Of a stretch of 64,000 bases of DNA, positions 46,707 through 57,280 are shown piece after piece. The notes under the pieces are model-generated. The model was not told where the DNA came from. It made no database searches and saw only the letters and a list, made by a program, of their open reading frames with translations. The position numbers and the translations under genes were made by a program. How positions within the stretch are numbered: the first letter of the stretch is position 1; each line of letters begins with the position of its first letter. The DNA is from an uncultured Gemmatimonadales bacterium (lineage in GTDB: Bacteria; Gemmatimonadota; Gemmatimonadetes; Longimicrobiales; Gaopeijiaceae), in the NCBI GenBank assembly GCA_963823035.1, contig CAWGKG010000012.1, positions 64,001-128,000 on the forward strand. Reading direction: 5' to 3'.

Positions 46707-49700
46707 ATGACGCTGGCCGACGTCTCCCTCGACGATCGCTACGCCAAGGCCAAGGGCCGCGTGCTGATGTCGGGCACCCAGGCGCTGGTGCGCCTGCCCA
46801 TGCTGCAGCACGCGCGCGACCAGGCCGCCGGGCTCAACACCGCCTGCTTCATCTCCGGCTATCGCGGCTCGCCGCTGGGCGGCGCTCGACCAGGCAGCTG
46901 TGGCAGGCGCGGCCGCTTCCTCGAAGACAACGACATCCACTTCCAGCCCGGCGTCAACGAGGACCTGGCCGCGACCGCGGTCTGGGGCAGCCAGCAGGTC
47001 GACCTGTTCGCCGACGCCCGCTACGACGGCGTCTTCGCCATGCTGGTACGGCAAGGGGCCCGGCGTCGACCGCTCCGGCGACGTGTTCAAGCACGGCAAC
47101 ACGCGCCGGCACCGTCGCGCCACGGCGGCGTGCTGGTGCTGGCCGGCGACGACCACACCTGCAAGTCCTCGACCACGCGCGCACCAGAGCGAGTACGCCT
47201 TCATCGACGCCATGATCCCGGTGCTGCAACCCGGCCGGCGTCCAGGAGTTCCTCGACTCGGCCTGCTACGGCTGGGCGATGTCGCGCTACTCGCGGCTGC
47301 TGGGTCGGCTTCAAGATGCATCGCCGAGACGGTCGACAGCGCCGCCACGGTCGAGCGTCGACCCGGAGCGCGTCGCAGATCGTCGCTGCCCGACGACTTC
47401 GAGCTGCCGCCGGGCGGCCTCAACATCCGCTGGCCCGACGAGCGCGCTCGACCAGGAGGAGCGCCTGCACCGCTACAAGCTCGATGCCGCGCTCGCCTTC
47501 GCCCGCGCCAACCGGCTCGACCGCGTGGTGATCGACAGCCCGCAGCGCGCGCCTCGGCATCGTCACCGCCGGCAAGTCCTATCTCGACGTGCGCCAGGCG
47601 CTCGACGATCTCGGCATCGACGAGGCCGCGCGCCGCCGAGATCGGCCTGCGGCTCTACAAGGTCGGCATGCCCTGGCCGCTCGAGCCCGAGGGCATGCGC
47701 GCCTTCGCCGAGGGCCTCGACGAGATCCTGGTGGTCGAGGAGAAGCGCGCGCCTGATCGAGAACCAGCTCAAGGAGCAGCTCTACGACTGGCCGCGACGG
47801 CGTGCGCCCGCGCGGTCGTCGGCAAGTTCGACGAGAACGGCAGGCCGATCCTGCCGTCCTGCGGACGAGCTGACGCCCGGCCAGATCGCCCGCGTCATCG
47901 CCCGCCGCCTCGCGCGGCTTCGCACCGGCCGAGCGACCTCGAGCAGCCGCGTCGCGTTCCTCGGCCAGCAGGAGCGCGGCGCCAGGCGCGCGAGCCGGCG
48001 CCGCTCAGCGCGCATGCCCTACTTCTGCTCGGGCTGCCCGCACAACACCTCGACCAGGGTGCCGGAGGGCAGCCGCGCGCTGCGCCGGCATCGGCTGCCA
48101 CTACATGGCGCAGTGGATGGACCGCAACACCGACGACCTTCACCCAGATGGGCGGCGAGGGCGCGACCTGGATCGGCCAGGCGCCGTTCACCGACGACGA
48201 CGCACGTCTTCGCCAATATCGGCGACGGCACCTACTCCCATTCCGGCCTGCTGGCGATCCGCGCCGCGGTCGCCGCCGGCGTCAACATCACCTACAAGAT
48301 CCTCTACAACGACGCCGTCGCCATGACCGGCGGCCAGCCGGTCGAGGGCCACGCTCAGCGTCGCCGCGATCGCCCACCAGCTCGCACGCCGAGGGCGTGA
48401 CGCGCATCGTCGTGGTCACCGACGAGCCGGAGAAGTACGCCGCCGACGCCGACTTCGCCGCCGGGCGTCGACGGTCCACCACCGCGACGAGCTCGACGCG
48501 GTGCAGCGCGAGCTGCGCGAGGTGCCAGGGCGTCACCGCGCTGATCTACGACCAGACCTGCGCGGCCGAGAAGCGCCGCCGCCGCAAGCGCGGCACGCTG
48601 CGCCGACCCCGACCGCCGCGTCTTCATCAACGAGCGCGGTCTGCGAGGGCTGCGGCGACTGCCGGCGCACGTCGAACTGCCTCTCGGTGGTGCCGGTGCG
48701 AGACCGAGTTCGGGCGCAAGCGCCAGATCGACCAGTCGACCTGCAACAAGGACTATCACCTGCCTGGAGGGCTTCTGCCCGAGCTTCGTCACGGTCGAGG
48801 GCGGCGCGCCCGCGCAAGCGCGCCGGCGCCGACCGCGGCTCGACGCGCTGCTCGCCGCTGCCTGCCCGAGCCCGCGCTGCCGGCCTGGAGCGGCCGTGGC
48901 GCATCCTGGTCGCCGGCATCGGCGGCACCGGCGTCGTCACCATCGGCGCCGCTGCTCGGCATGGCCGCGCACCTGGAGGGCAAGGGCGTCGCCGTGCTCG
49001 ACCAGACCGGCCTCGCCCAGAAGGGCGGCGCGCGTCACCAGCCACGTGCGCATCGCGCGCGGAGCCGGACGACATCGATCGCCGTGCGCAGCACCGGCGC
49101 GGGCGGCGCCGACCTGCTGCTCGGCTGCGACCTGGTGCGTGGCCGCCGAGCGCCGACGCGCTCGCGCCGCTGCGACGCCGGGCGCACCCGCGCGGTGGTC
49201 AACGACCACGACATCGCCGACCGGCGACTTCACCCGCCATCCCGACGCCGCTTTCCCGGCGAGCCGCTGCGCGCGCGCATCGCCGACGGCGCACGGCGCC
49301 GAGCGTCGTCGACTTCGTCGACGCCACCGCGCTGGCCGACCGCGCTGCTCGGCGATTCCATCGCCGCCAACTTCATGCTGCTGGGCTACGCCTGGCAGAA
49401 GGGCCTGGTGCCGCTGTCGCGCAGCGGCGCATCGAGCAGCGCCATCGACGCTCAACGGCGTCGCCGTCGAGCTCAACATCGAAGGCCTTCGCGCTGGGGC
49501 CGCGCGCGCGGCCGCACGATCCGGCCGCGGTCGCAGGGCGGCGCGCCGCGGCCCGGCCGCAGCGCGACCACCGCCGGCTGCCGAGAGCCATCGACGAGCT
49601 GCGTCGAGCGCCGCGTCGCGCCATCTGACCGGCTACCAGGACGCCGCCTACGCCGAGCGCTACCGCGGCCTGGTCGCGCGCGTCGCGCGCCGCCGAGGCC

Positions 49701-50255
49701 GAGCGCGCGCCGGGCACGAGCGGGCTGGCCGAGGCGGTCGCCCGCGGCTACTACAAGCTGCTGGCCTACAAGGACGAGTACGAGGTCGCGCGGCTGTTCA
49801 CCGACGGCGCGTTCCGGCACCAGCTCGACGCCGCAGTTCGAGGGCGAGACCAGCCTCACGCTTCCATCTCGCGCCGCCGCTGCTGGCGCGCACGCGACCC
49901 CGACACCGGGCGGCCGCAGAAGACGCGCTTCGGCCCCTGGATCGTGCCGGCCTTCCGCGTGCTGGCCGCGCTCAAGGGCCTGCGCGGCACGCCCTTCGAC
50001 CCGTTCGGCCACGGCGCCGAGCGGCGCGCGGAGCGCAGGCTGATCGCCGACTACGAGACGGATATCGCCCTCGTGCTGGAGCGCCTGCAGTCCGGCAACC
50101 ACGCCATCGCGGTCGAACTGGCGCGCCTGCCCGAGCAGATCCGCGGTTTCGGCCCGGTCAAGGCCGCTGCGATCCGCGCCGCCGGGGAGCGCGCGTGCCA
50201 GCTCAGGACGGCGCTTGCGGGCCAGAACAGCCAGGCCGCCCAGGCGGCCGAGTAG
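46707..50255 (+). CDS. Indolepyruvate ferredoxin oxidoreductase, fused alpha/beta (heavily frameshifted)
   Basis: ISGYRGSPLGG, NEDLAATAVWGSQ, PYFCSGCPHNTST, GDGTYSHSG, CEGCGDC, AGIGGTGVVT, KLLAYKDEYEVARL. Confidence 0.93.
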
Positions 50256-50274
50256 TCAGGAACAGGAAGGAACG

Positions 50275-50994
50275 ATGATGGCACAGGGCAAGGATGGGGG
50301 CGTCGCCCTCGTGATCGGCGCGGGCGCGGGCCTGGGCGCCGGCCTGGGACGGCGCTTCGCGGCGGCCGGCATGGACGTGGCGCTGGCGTCGCGCAGCCTG
50401 GAGCACTGCCGAGGAGGCCGCCACCGACGCCGGCGCCGTGCCCACGCCTATGCCTGCGACGCGACCGACGAGGCGAGCGTCGCCGAGCTGTTCGCCGGGT
50501 CGAGGGCGAGCTCGGCGAGCCCGACCTGGTCGTCTACAACGCCAGCGGCTTCCTGCGGAAATCGATCCTGGAGATCGAGCCCGAGGAGATGACCAAGCAG
50601 TGGACCGTGACCTGCCTGGGCGGCTTCATCGTCGGCGCGCGACGCGGCGCGGCGCATGGTCAAGCGCGGCAGCGGCACGATCATCTTCACAGGTGCCACC
50701 GCCTGCACCAAGGGCTCGGCCAACTTCGCCGGCTTCGCGGTCGGCAAGTTCGGCCTGAGGGCGCTGGCCCAGAGCATGGCGCGCGAACTGGGCCCCAAGC
50801 GGGTCCACGTCGCCATCGTCAACATCGACGGCGAGATCAACGGCCCGGCCCACGCCCACGAGATCCCCGAGAAGGGCATCGACGCCCTGCTCGACCCCGA
50901 CGCCATCGCCGAGACCTACTACGCGATCCACCGCCAGCACCACACGGCCTGGACCCACGAGGTCGACCTGCGGCCCGCGATCGAGAGGTGGTAG
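50275..50994 (+). CDS. SDR family oxidoreductase (frameshifted)
   Basis: ALVIGAGAGLG, TIIFTGATA, KFGLRALAQSMARELGP, WTHEVDLRP. Confidence 0.9.
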
Positions 50995-51110
50995 GGGGCG
51001 GTGGAGGCCGGATTTGGCAGTCATTTCGTAGGGTTGCGCGAAATTGGGTTCGTTTCGTAGTGGACCGGCTGCGGACACCACCGCGGACAAATCTTGACCC
51101 ATCGACCGGT

Positions 51111-51129
51111 TGGAACCATTTTGGTTCCA
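51111..51129. promoter_or_regulatory. Probable TA operator
   Basis: Perfect inverted repeat TGGAACCA-TTT-TGGTTCCA next to CATAAT and the GGAGG RBS. Confidence 0.72.
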
Positions 51130-51148
51130 TAATGGAGGTACCGGTCCC

Positions 51149-51391
51149 ATGGCCACGATCACGCTCAAGAACATCCCGGATGACCTCTACGAGCAGTTGA
51201 AGCGGCAGGCGCGGAGCCATCGCCGGTCCGTCAACAGCGAGCTGATCTGCTGCCTGGAGACGGTGCTGCGACCGAGGAGGATCACCGCTGCGGAGCGCGT
51301 CGAGCGCCTTCGCCGTCTGCGCCCGCGGATCGACCCGGAGGCCGTCGGGACCGACGAGCTTCTGGCCGCCGTCGAGCAGGGCCGGCCGTGA
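51149..51391 (+). CDS. Arc/FitA-like RHH antitoxin
   Basis: MATITLKNIPDDLYEQLKRQARSHRRSVNSELICCLE. Confidence 0.92.
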   Translation: MATITLKNIPDDLYEQLKRQARSHRRSVNSELICCLETVLRPRRITAAERVERLRRLRPRIDPEAVGTDELLAAVEQGRP

Positions 51392-51798
51392 TCGTCGCCG
51401 ACACGAATGTCATCGCCTATCTCGTCCTGCCGTCTCCCCATACCGCCCTGGCCGAGCGGCTGTTGCTCGCCGACCCCGACTGGATCGCGCCGGTGCTGTG
51501 GCGCAGCGAGATGCGCAACGTGCTGGCGCTCTACCTGAGGAAGTCGCTCATCACGCTCGAGGAGGCCCTGAGCCTCCAGGAGGAGGCCGAGGATCTCCTG
51601 CGGGACAGGGAGTACGAGGTCGGGTCGGCCGACGTCCTGAGGCTGGTGGCGGAAAGCCCCTGCTCCGCCTACGACTGCGAGTTCGTGGCCCTGGCGCAGA
51701 GCCTGGACATCGCGCTCGCGACCATGGACGCCAAGCTCGCCGCGGCCTTCCCGGAGACCGCCGTCCTGCTGAGCGACGCCGTCTCGGAACGGCCGTGA
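51388..51798 (+). CDS. vapC: VapC/PIN toxin
   Basis: MIVADTNVIAYL, LWRSEMRNVL, CSAYDCEFVALA, ATMDAKL; GTGA overlap. Confidence 0.93.
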   Translation: MIVADTNVIAYLVLPSPHTALAERLLLADPDWIAPVLWRSEMRNVLALYLRKSLITLEEALSLQEEAEDLLRDREYEVGSADVLRLVAESPCSAYDCEFVALAQSLDIALATMDAKLAAAFPETAVLLSDAVSERP

Positions 51799-51932
51799 GA
51801 GCCGGAGGACATGATCCGGTGCCCGGCGATGCCGGATCCCGGGCATAAGCCCAAGCACAAGCGCAGGATGCGCATTCCACCTGCGAGCCCTGCGGAATTT
51901 TTCGCTGGACCATGACGCATGCGCGGCTCTAT

Positions 51933-51947
51933 GTTCCGTCTATGTTC
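51933..51947. promoter_or_regulatory. Alphaproteobacterial LexA (SOS) box
   Basis: GTTC-CGTCTAT-GTTC, an exact GTTC-N7-GTTC match, 17 bp before the ATG at 51965. Confidence 0.75.
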
Positions 51948-51964
51948 TCATATGGAGCATCGCC

Positions 51965-52603
51965 ATGACGACACAGCGACAGATCGAGGCCAACCGGCAC
52001 AACGCGCTCTCCAGCACCGGCCCGCGCACGGTGGAGGGCAAGGAGCGGTCGCGCATGAACGCGCTGACCCACGGGCTGCAGGCGCGCAACCATGTCCTGC
52101 CCGACGAGGACGAAGGCGCCTTCGAGCGGCTGCGGGAGGGGATGTGGCTCGACCTGCTGCCCGAGGGCGAGCTTGAGGAACAGCTCGCCGAGCGCGCGTC
52201 GCTCCTGTTCTGGCGCCTCGCCCGCGCCGGCCGGCTCGAAACCGGGCTTTACGCCTGGCGCCACCACCACCGGACGAAGCAGCGCATCCGCGGCGACCAG
52301 TTCGACCGCATGTACCGTGCCGAGAACCTCAACGGCGAGAAGCACGAACGCTTCGCGGCGGACGATGAGATGGAGCGCAGCGCGGCGGCCGGCGCGGCGC
52401 TCGACGCCGCGGTGCTGGCGCCGGGCTTCCTGGAGGACGCGCGCACGGTCAACATCTTCGAGAAGCTGACGCGCTACGAGGCCAGCCTGCAACGCGCACT
52501 GGAGAGCACCCTCGACCAGCTCCTGAAGCTCCAGCGCCGCCGCGAGACGGGCGCGCCGGGGTCGGTGGTCACGCTGGAGGGCGAGGCCCGGCGGGCGGTG
52601 TGA
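51965..52603 (+). CDS. Uncharacterised protein with N-terminal STGPRT-EGK-NA-HGL motif
   Basis: MTTQRQIEANRHNALSSTGPRTVEGKERSRMNALTHGL..WRLARA..LTRYEASLQR; intact, GGAG RBS. Confidence 0.88.
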   Translation: MTTQRQIEANRHNALSSTGPRTVEGKERSRMNALTHGLQARNHVLPDEDEGAFERLREGMWLDLLPEGELEEQLAERASLLFWRLARAGRLETGLYAWRHHHRTKQRIRGDQFDRMYRAENLNGEKHERFAADDEMERSAAAGAALDAAVLAPGFLEDARTVNIFEKLTRYEASLQRALESTLDQLLKLQRRRETGAPGSVVTLEGEARRAV

Positions 52604-52667
52604 GGTTGGCGATCGCGCGGCGGCAGGGCCGACGGACTCCTGCGGGCGGCACGCCTCGCCCCAACGT

Positions 52668-52763
52668 CGTCATCGCCCCGCTTGACGGGGCGATCCATTC
52701 CGGAGCGTTCGCGCGCGAGGAAGCGCCTCAGGAATGGATGGCCCGGTCGAGCCCGGCCATCAC
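52668..52763. repeat. REP-like inverted doublet
   Basis: GTCATCGCCCCGCTTGACGGGGCGATCCATTCC pairs with GGAATGGATGGCCCGGTCGAGCCCGGCCATCAC. Confidence 0.8.
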
Positions 52764-52823
52764 ATGAGGACCAGGGCGAGCCTGTCTGCCGGCCGCTCGC
52801 CAAACCTCACGCCACCCCATGGG

Positions 52824-52942
52824 CGTCATCCCGGCCGCACCCCGGCCTTGAGCCGGGGGGAGAGCCGGGATCGCTTGCAGGATACGCTCGTGGGCACGAG
52901 AGATCCCGGCTCTCTGCCCTTCGGGCTCCGGCCGGGATGACG
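52824..52942. repeat. REP-like inverted doublet with nested hairpin
   Basis: CGTCATCCCGGCCG..GAGAGCCGGGATC / GATCCCGGCTCTC..CGGCCGGGATGACG. Confidence 0.82.
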
Positions 52943-52961
52943 GACAGGGATAAAACGGGCC

Positions 52962-53308
52962 TCAGTACGTCTTGCCGCTCGCCAGCAGGGCCTTCTCGTC
53001 GGCCTCGCGGCGCGCCTCGCCGGCCTGGAACTCGGCCTTCTGCTCGGCCGTCGCCTCCTTCTGGTGCTTCGCCTTGTACTCGCCGTAGGGCATGCCGTAG
53101 ACGATCTCGCGCGCCTCGCTCGTAGTCGATCTCGACGCCGCGGTCCTCGGCCGCCGCGCGGTACCACTTGGCCAGGCAGTTGCGGCAGAAGCCGGCGAGG
53201 TTCATCAGGTCGATGTTCTGCACGTCGGGTGCGTCGCGCAGGTGGTCGCGCAGGCGGCGGAACACGGCGGCCTCGAGTCTCGGTGCTGGTCTTGTCGTCC
53301 ATCGTCAT
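52962..53308 (-). CDS. DUF1244 family protein (frameshifted)
   Basis: AAVFRRLRDHL..DVQNIDLMNLAGFCRNCLAKWY..IVYGMPY. Confidence 0.92.
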
Positions 53309-53380
53309 TCTCCCGTCGTTCGGTGCGCGGCGCGTCCCCGACATGTGGGCGCTGGGCCGGCCCGGCTCAAGCCGTGCGCC

Positions 53381-54204
53381 TCAGGGCCCGCGCCGGTAGT
53401 GCACCGGATCGGCGAGCACGGCCGCGAAGGCATCGGTGATGATTCCGTCCAGGCCGCAACGCCTGCTTCGTCGCCGACCAGATCCTGGCGCAACTCGATC
53501 TGCACGTTGGCGCGGCCGTGCCGGGCGGCATGAACGGGCATGCTGTAGCCATGCGGCGAGGCGCCGTATAGGGCTCGTTGTCGCCGACGCACAGATCGCC
53601 GCGCTCGCGCAGGTGATGCAGCAGCGGCCGGCGATGCGGTCGTCGCGGTCCCACAGCACGCCGATGTGCCAGGGGCGCGGCGCGTGACCCATGGCGGCGT
53701 GAAGCTGTGCATCATGACCAGCGCCGGAACGACGCCACGCGCCTCAACCCCCTCGATGACGGCCTGGGACGCCTGATGGTAGGGCCAGAAGCAGGCCTCG
53801 GTCCGGAGCGCGGCCTGGGCGTCGGAGATGTCCCGATTGCCGGGAATTTCGTGACCGTCGCTCTGGGTCATGATCGATTCGGGATCGTCGAGCTGGCGGT
53901 TGCAGTCGATCACCAGGCGCGAGTAGCCGGCCAGGACGGCCGGCGCATCGAAATGGGCCGCGAGCCGCCGGGTGACATCGGCGGCGCCGATATCCCAGGC
54001 GATGTGCTGGCGAACTGCTCGTCGGTCAGGCCCAGATTGTCGAGCGCCAGCGGTACGCGCGTTGCTGGCGTGATCGCACAGGAACACGACATTGGCGGAA
54101 CCGCGCGGGTTGACGATCTGATAGGCCGGCGGATCGTCGGGCCCGAGCAGCGGGTCGCCCGGCTCGCCGGCATCGGTGAAGGCATCACGGATAACTTTGC
54201 TCAT
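53381..54204 (-). CDS. N-formylglutamate amidohydrolase family (frameshifted)
   Basis: FLCDHASN, HIAWDIGA, YSRLVIDCNR, MHSFTP, VGDNEPY, IELRQDL. Confidence 0.9.
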
Positions 54205-54326
54205 GGGCGGGGACTATAGCCACAGGTCGCCGAGCACGAAGCCGGAAGGTCTTCGTTTCGCCGCCGGAAAGCGGCTCGTTGCCTGCTTTGTCGGCTTGGC
54301 GCCGTGCTGTGGCAGCTTCGCGCGCG

Positions 54327-55660
54327 ATGATTGAAATCTCCCGCCGCGATCTGCTGCGCGACCTGTTCGACGCGGCCGTCGGCGCCGCCGATCCGGCCGA
54401 CGCTGCGTCGGCGGGCACCTGCCCGCGCCACCCACGGGGCGCACCATCGTGGTCGGCGCCGGCAAGGCCGCGGCCGCCATGGCCGCCGCGGTCGAGGCGC
54501 GCTGGCAGCGGGACCGCTGGCAGGGCTCGTCGTCACGCCCTACGGCCACGGCGCTTGCCGACCGAGCGGATCGAGGTCGTCGAGGCCGCGCCATCCGGTG
54601 CCGGACGCCGCCGGCCAGCGACGCCGCCCGGCGGATCCTGGAGCTGGCGCGCGGGCCTCGGCCGCCGACGACCTGGTGCTCTGCCTGATCTCCGGCGGCG
54701 GCTCGGCGCTGCTGGCGCTGCCGGCGCGCCGGGCTGACGCTGGCCGACAAGCAGGCGGTCAACACGGCGCTGCTGCGCTCGCGGCGCGACGATCGACGAG
54801 ATGAACTGCGTGCGCAAGCACCTCTCGGCGATCAAGGGCGGCCGGCTCGCGGCCGCCGCCGCACCCGGCGCGGGTGGTGACGCCTGGCGATCTCCGACGT
54901 GCCGGGCGACGACCCGGCGGTGATCGCGCTCCGGCCCGACGGTGGCCGACCCGACGACGCTTCGCCGACGCCCGCGCGATCCTCGACCGAGTACGCGCAT
55001 CGACGCCGCCCGCCGCCGTCGCGCGCGCACCTGGACGACGCCGACGAGCGAGACGCCGAAGCCCGGCGACCCGCGCCTCGCGCGGCCGCACGGTCGACAT
55101 CATCGCGCACGCCCGCAGGAGCGCTGCAGGCCGCGGCCGCGCGTGCGCGCGACGCGCGGCGCTCGCGCCGGTCATCCTGGGCGACACGATCGAGGGCGAG
55201 GCGCGCGACGTCGGCGCTGGTCCATGCCGCGCATCGCGCGCGCAGGTCGCGCCGCACGGCCAGCCGGCGCCGCGCCGCCTGCGTGCATGCTGTCGGGCGG
55301 CGAGACCACGGTGACCGTGCGCGGCGACGGGCGGGCGCGGCGGGCGCAACGCGAGTTCCTGCTGGCGCTCGCCGTCGCGCTCGACGGCCTGCGCCGGCAT
55401 CCACGCCCTGGCCTGCGACACCGACGGCATCGACGGCATCGAGGACAGCGGCCGGCGCGATCGCTCGCACCCGACACGCCTGGCGCGCGGCCGCGCCGCC
55501 GGGCATCGACGCCGCGCGACGCGCTGGCGCGCCAACGACAGCGGCGGCTTCTTCGCCGCGCTCGGCGACCTGTCGTCACCGGCCCGACCCGGACCAACGT
55601 CAATGACTTCCGCGCCATCCTGGTCGACGCGCGCGATCCGCCAGCGAGCGATCGAGGCGA
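54327..55660 (+). CDS. ttuD: Glycerate kinase / hydroxypyruvate reductase TtuD (MOFRL; heavily frameshifted)
   Basis: VVGAGKAAAAMA, LCLISGGGSALL, RKHLSAIKGG, SGGETTVT, DTDGIDG, TGPTRTNVNDFRAIL. Confidence 0.9.
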
Positions 55661-55669
55661 GAATCGACG

Positions 55670-57103
55670 ATGCGACGTCAGCGACAGGCCAAGATCGTCG
55701 CCACGCTCGGCCCGGCGAGCAGCGAGCCGCGACGCGATCCGCGCGCTGTTCGAGGCCGGCGTCGACGTGTTCCGGCTGAACTTCAGCCACGGCACCCATG
55801 ACGACCACAAGGCGCGCTTCGACATCATCCGCGCGCTCGAGAGCGCGACTCGGCCGGCCGATCGCGCGTGCTGGCCGACCTGCAGGGGCCCGAAGCTGCG
55901 CATCGGCGAGTTCGCGGACGGCCCGGTCGACGCTGGAGCAGGGCCAGAGCTTCCGCCTCGACCTCGATCCGGCGCAAGGCGACGCGCAGCCGCGTCGACC
56001 TGCCCCATCCGGAGATCTTCGCCGGCGCTCGCGCCCGGCAAGCGCGTCCTGCTCGACGACGGCAAGCGTGCGCGCTCGACGGTCGTCGCCTGCGGCGCCG
56101 ACTTCGCCCAGACCACCGTGGTCATCGCGGCGGCCATCTGTCCGACCACAAGGGCGTCAACCTGCCGGACGTGGTGCTGCCGATCTCGGCGCTGACCGAG
56201 AAGGACCGCGCCGACCTCGTCTTCGCGCTCGAGCTGGGCGCCGACTGGATCGCGCTGTCCTTCGTGCAGCGCCCCGAGGACATGGCCGAGGCGCGCAAGC
56301 TGGTCGGCGGCCGCGCCGGCGTCATGGCCAAGCTGGAGAAGCCGGCGGCGATCGAGCGCCTCGACGAGATCATCGAACTGTCCGACGCGGTGATGGTGGC
56401 GCGCGGCGATCTCGGCGTCGAGCTGCCGCCCGAGGACGTGCCCGGCCTGCAGAAGCGGATCGTCCGCGCCTGCCGCAAGGCCGGCAAGCCGGTCATCGTC
56501 GCGACCCAGATGCTGGAATCGATGGTCGACTCGCCGACGCCGACCCGCGCCGAGGCGTCCGACGTCGCGACCGCCGTCTATGACGGCGCCGACGCCGTGA
56601 TGCTGTCGGCCGAGACCGCGGTCGGCGCACTACCCGGTCGAGGCGGTCGCGATGATGGACCGCATCATGCGCGCCGGGTGGAGCAGCGACCCGCTCTACC
56701 GACGCGACGTCGAGGCCGACCGAGCCGCCGAGGCGACCAGCGCCGACGCGATCACGCGCCGCGGCGCGCCAGGTCGCCGCAGACGATCGGCGCCGCGGCC
56801 ATCGTCGCCTACATCAGTCGCGGCGCGCACCACCCTGCGCGCCGCGCGCGAGCGGCCCGAGGTGCCGATCCTGGGCCTGACGCCGAAGATCGAGTCGGCG
56901 CGGCGCCTGGCGCTGGCCTGGGGCGTCCACTGGGTCCACACCGAGGACGCCCATGACTTCATCGACATGGTGCAGCCGGCGCCAGCGCCGTCGCCAAGAG
57001 CGAAGGCTTCGCCGGCTCCGGCGACCGCATCGTGATCACCGCCGGCGTCCCGTTCGGCACGCCCGGCTCGACCAACACCCTGCGTGTCGCCTGGGTCACC
57101 TGA
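55670..57103 (+). CDS. pyk: Pyruvate kinase (frameshifted)
   Basis: [52 protein letters not shown]. Confidence 0.96.
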
Positions 57104-57274
57104 TTCCAAGCTGCAATGAGTTGGACTCATTGCAGCTTGGTCAGCGTGCGACCGCGCGCCGCGGCGCATGCCGCGCAAGCCAAGCCGCCCCCGATCGCGT
57201 CGGGGACAGGCTCCGCGGGCGCCCGACGCCTGAGGGCGGCATCATTGATCAGTTCCGATCAATGATGCCTGGTA
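57104..57274. repeat. Structured dispersed repeat, copy 2 (with nested hairpin insertion)
   Basis: Colinear with 11664-11817, plus an extra CCCCGATCGCGTCGGGGACAGGCTC. Confidence 0.9.
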
Positions 57275-57280
57275 CGAGGC

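Larger units (their letters stand above)
50996..52600. mobile_element. Candidate 1.6-kb integrated unit (TA pair plus SOS-boxed unknown gene)
   Basis: GGGCGGTG direct repeat at 50996-51003 and 52593-52600; no recognisable transposase or integrase. Confidence 0.35.

Noticed and set aside
39898..50255. Programmed frameshifting or true pseudogenes in core genes
   Set aside because: Indels are numerous, irregular and hit important housekeeping genes without slippery-site patterns; sequence error is the simpler explanation.
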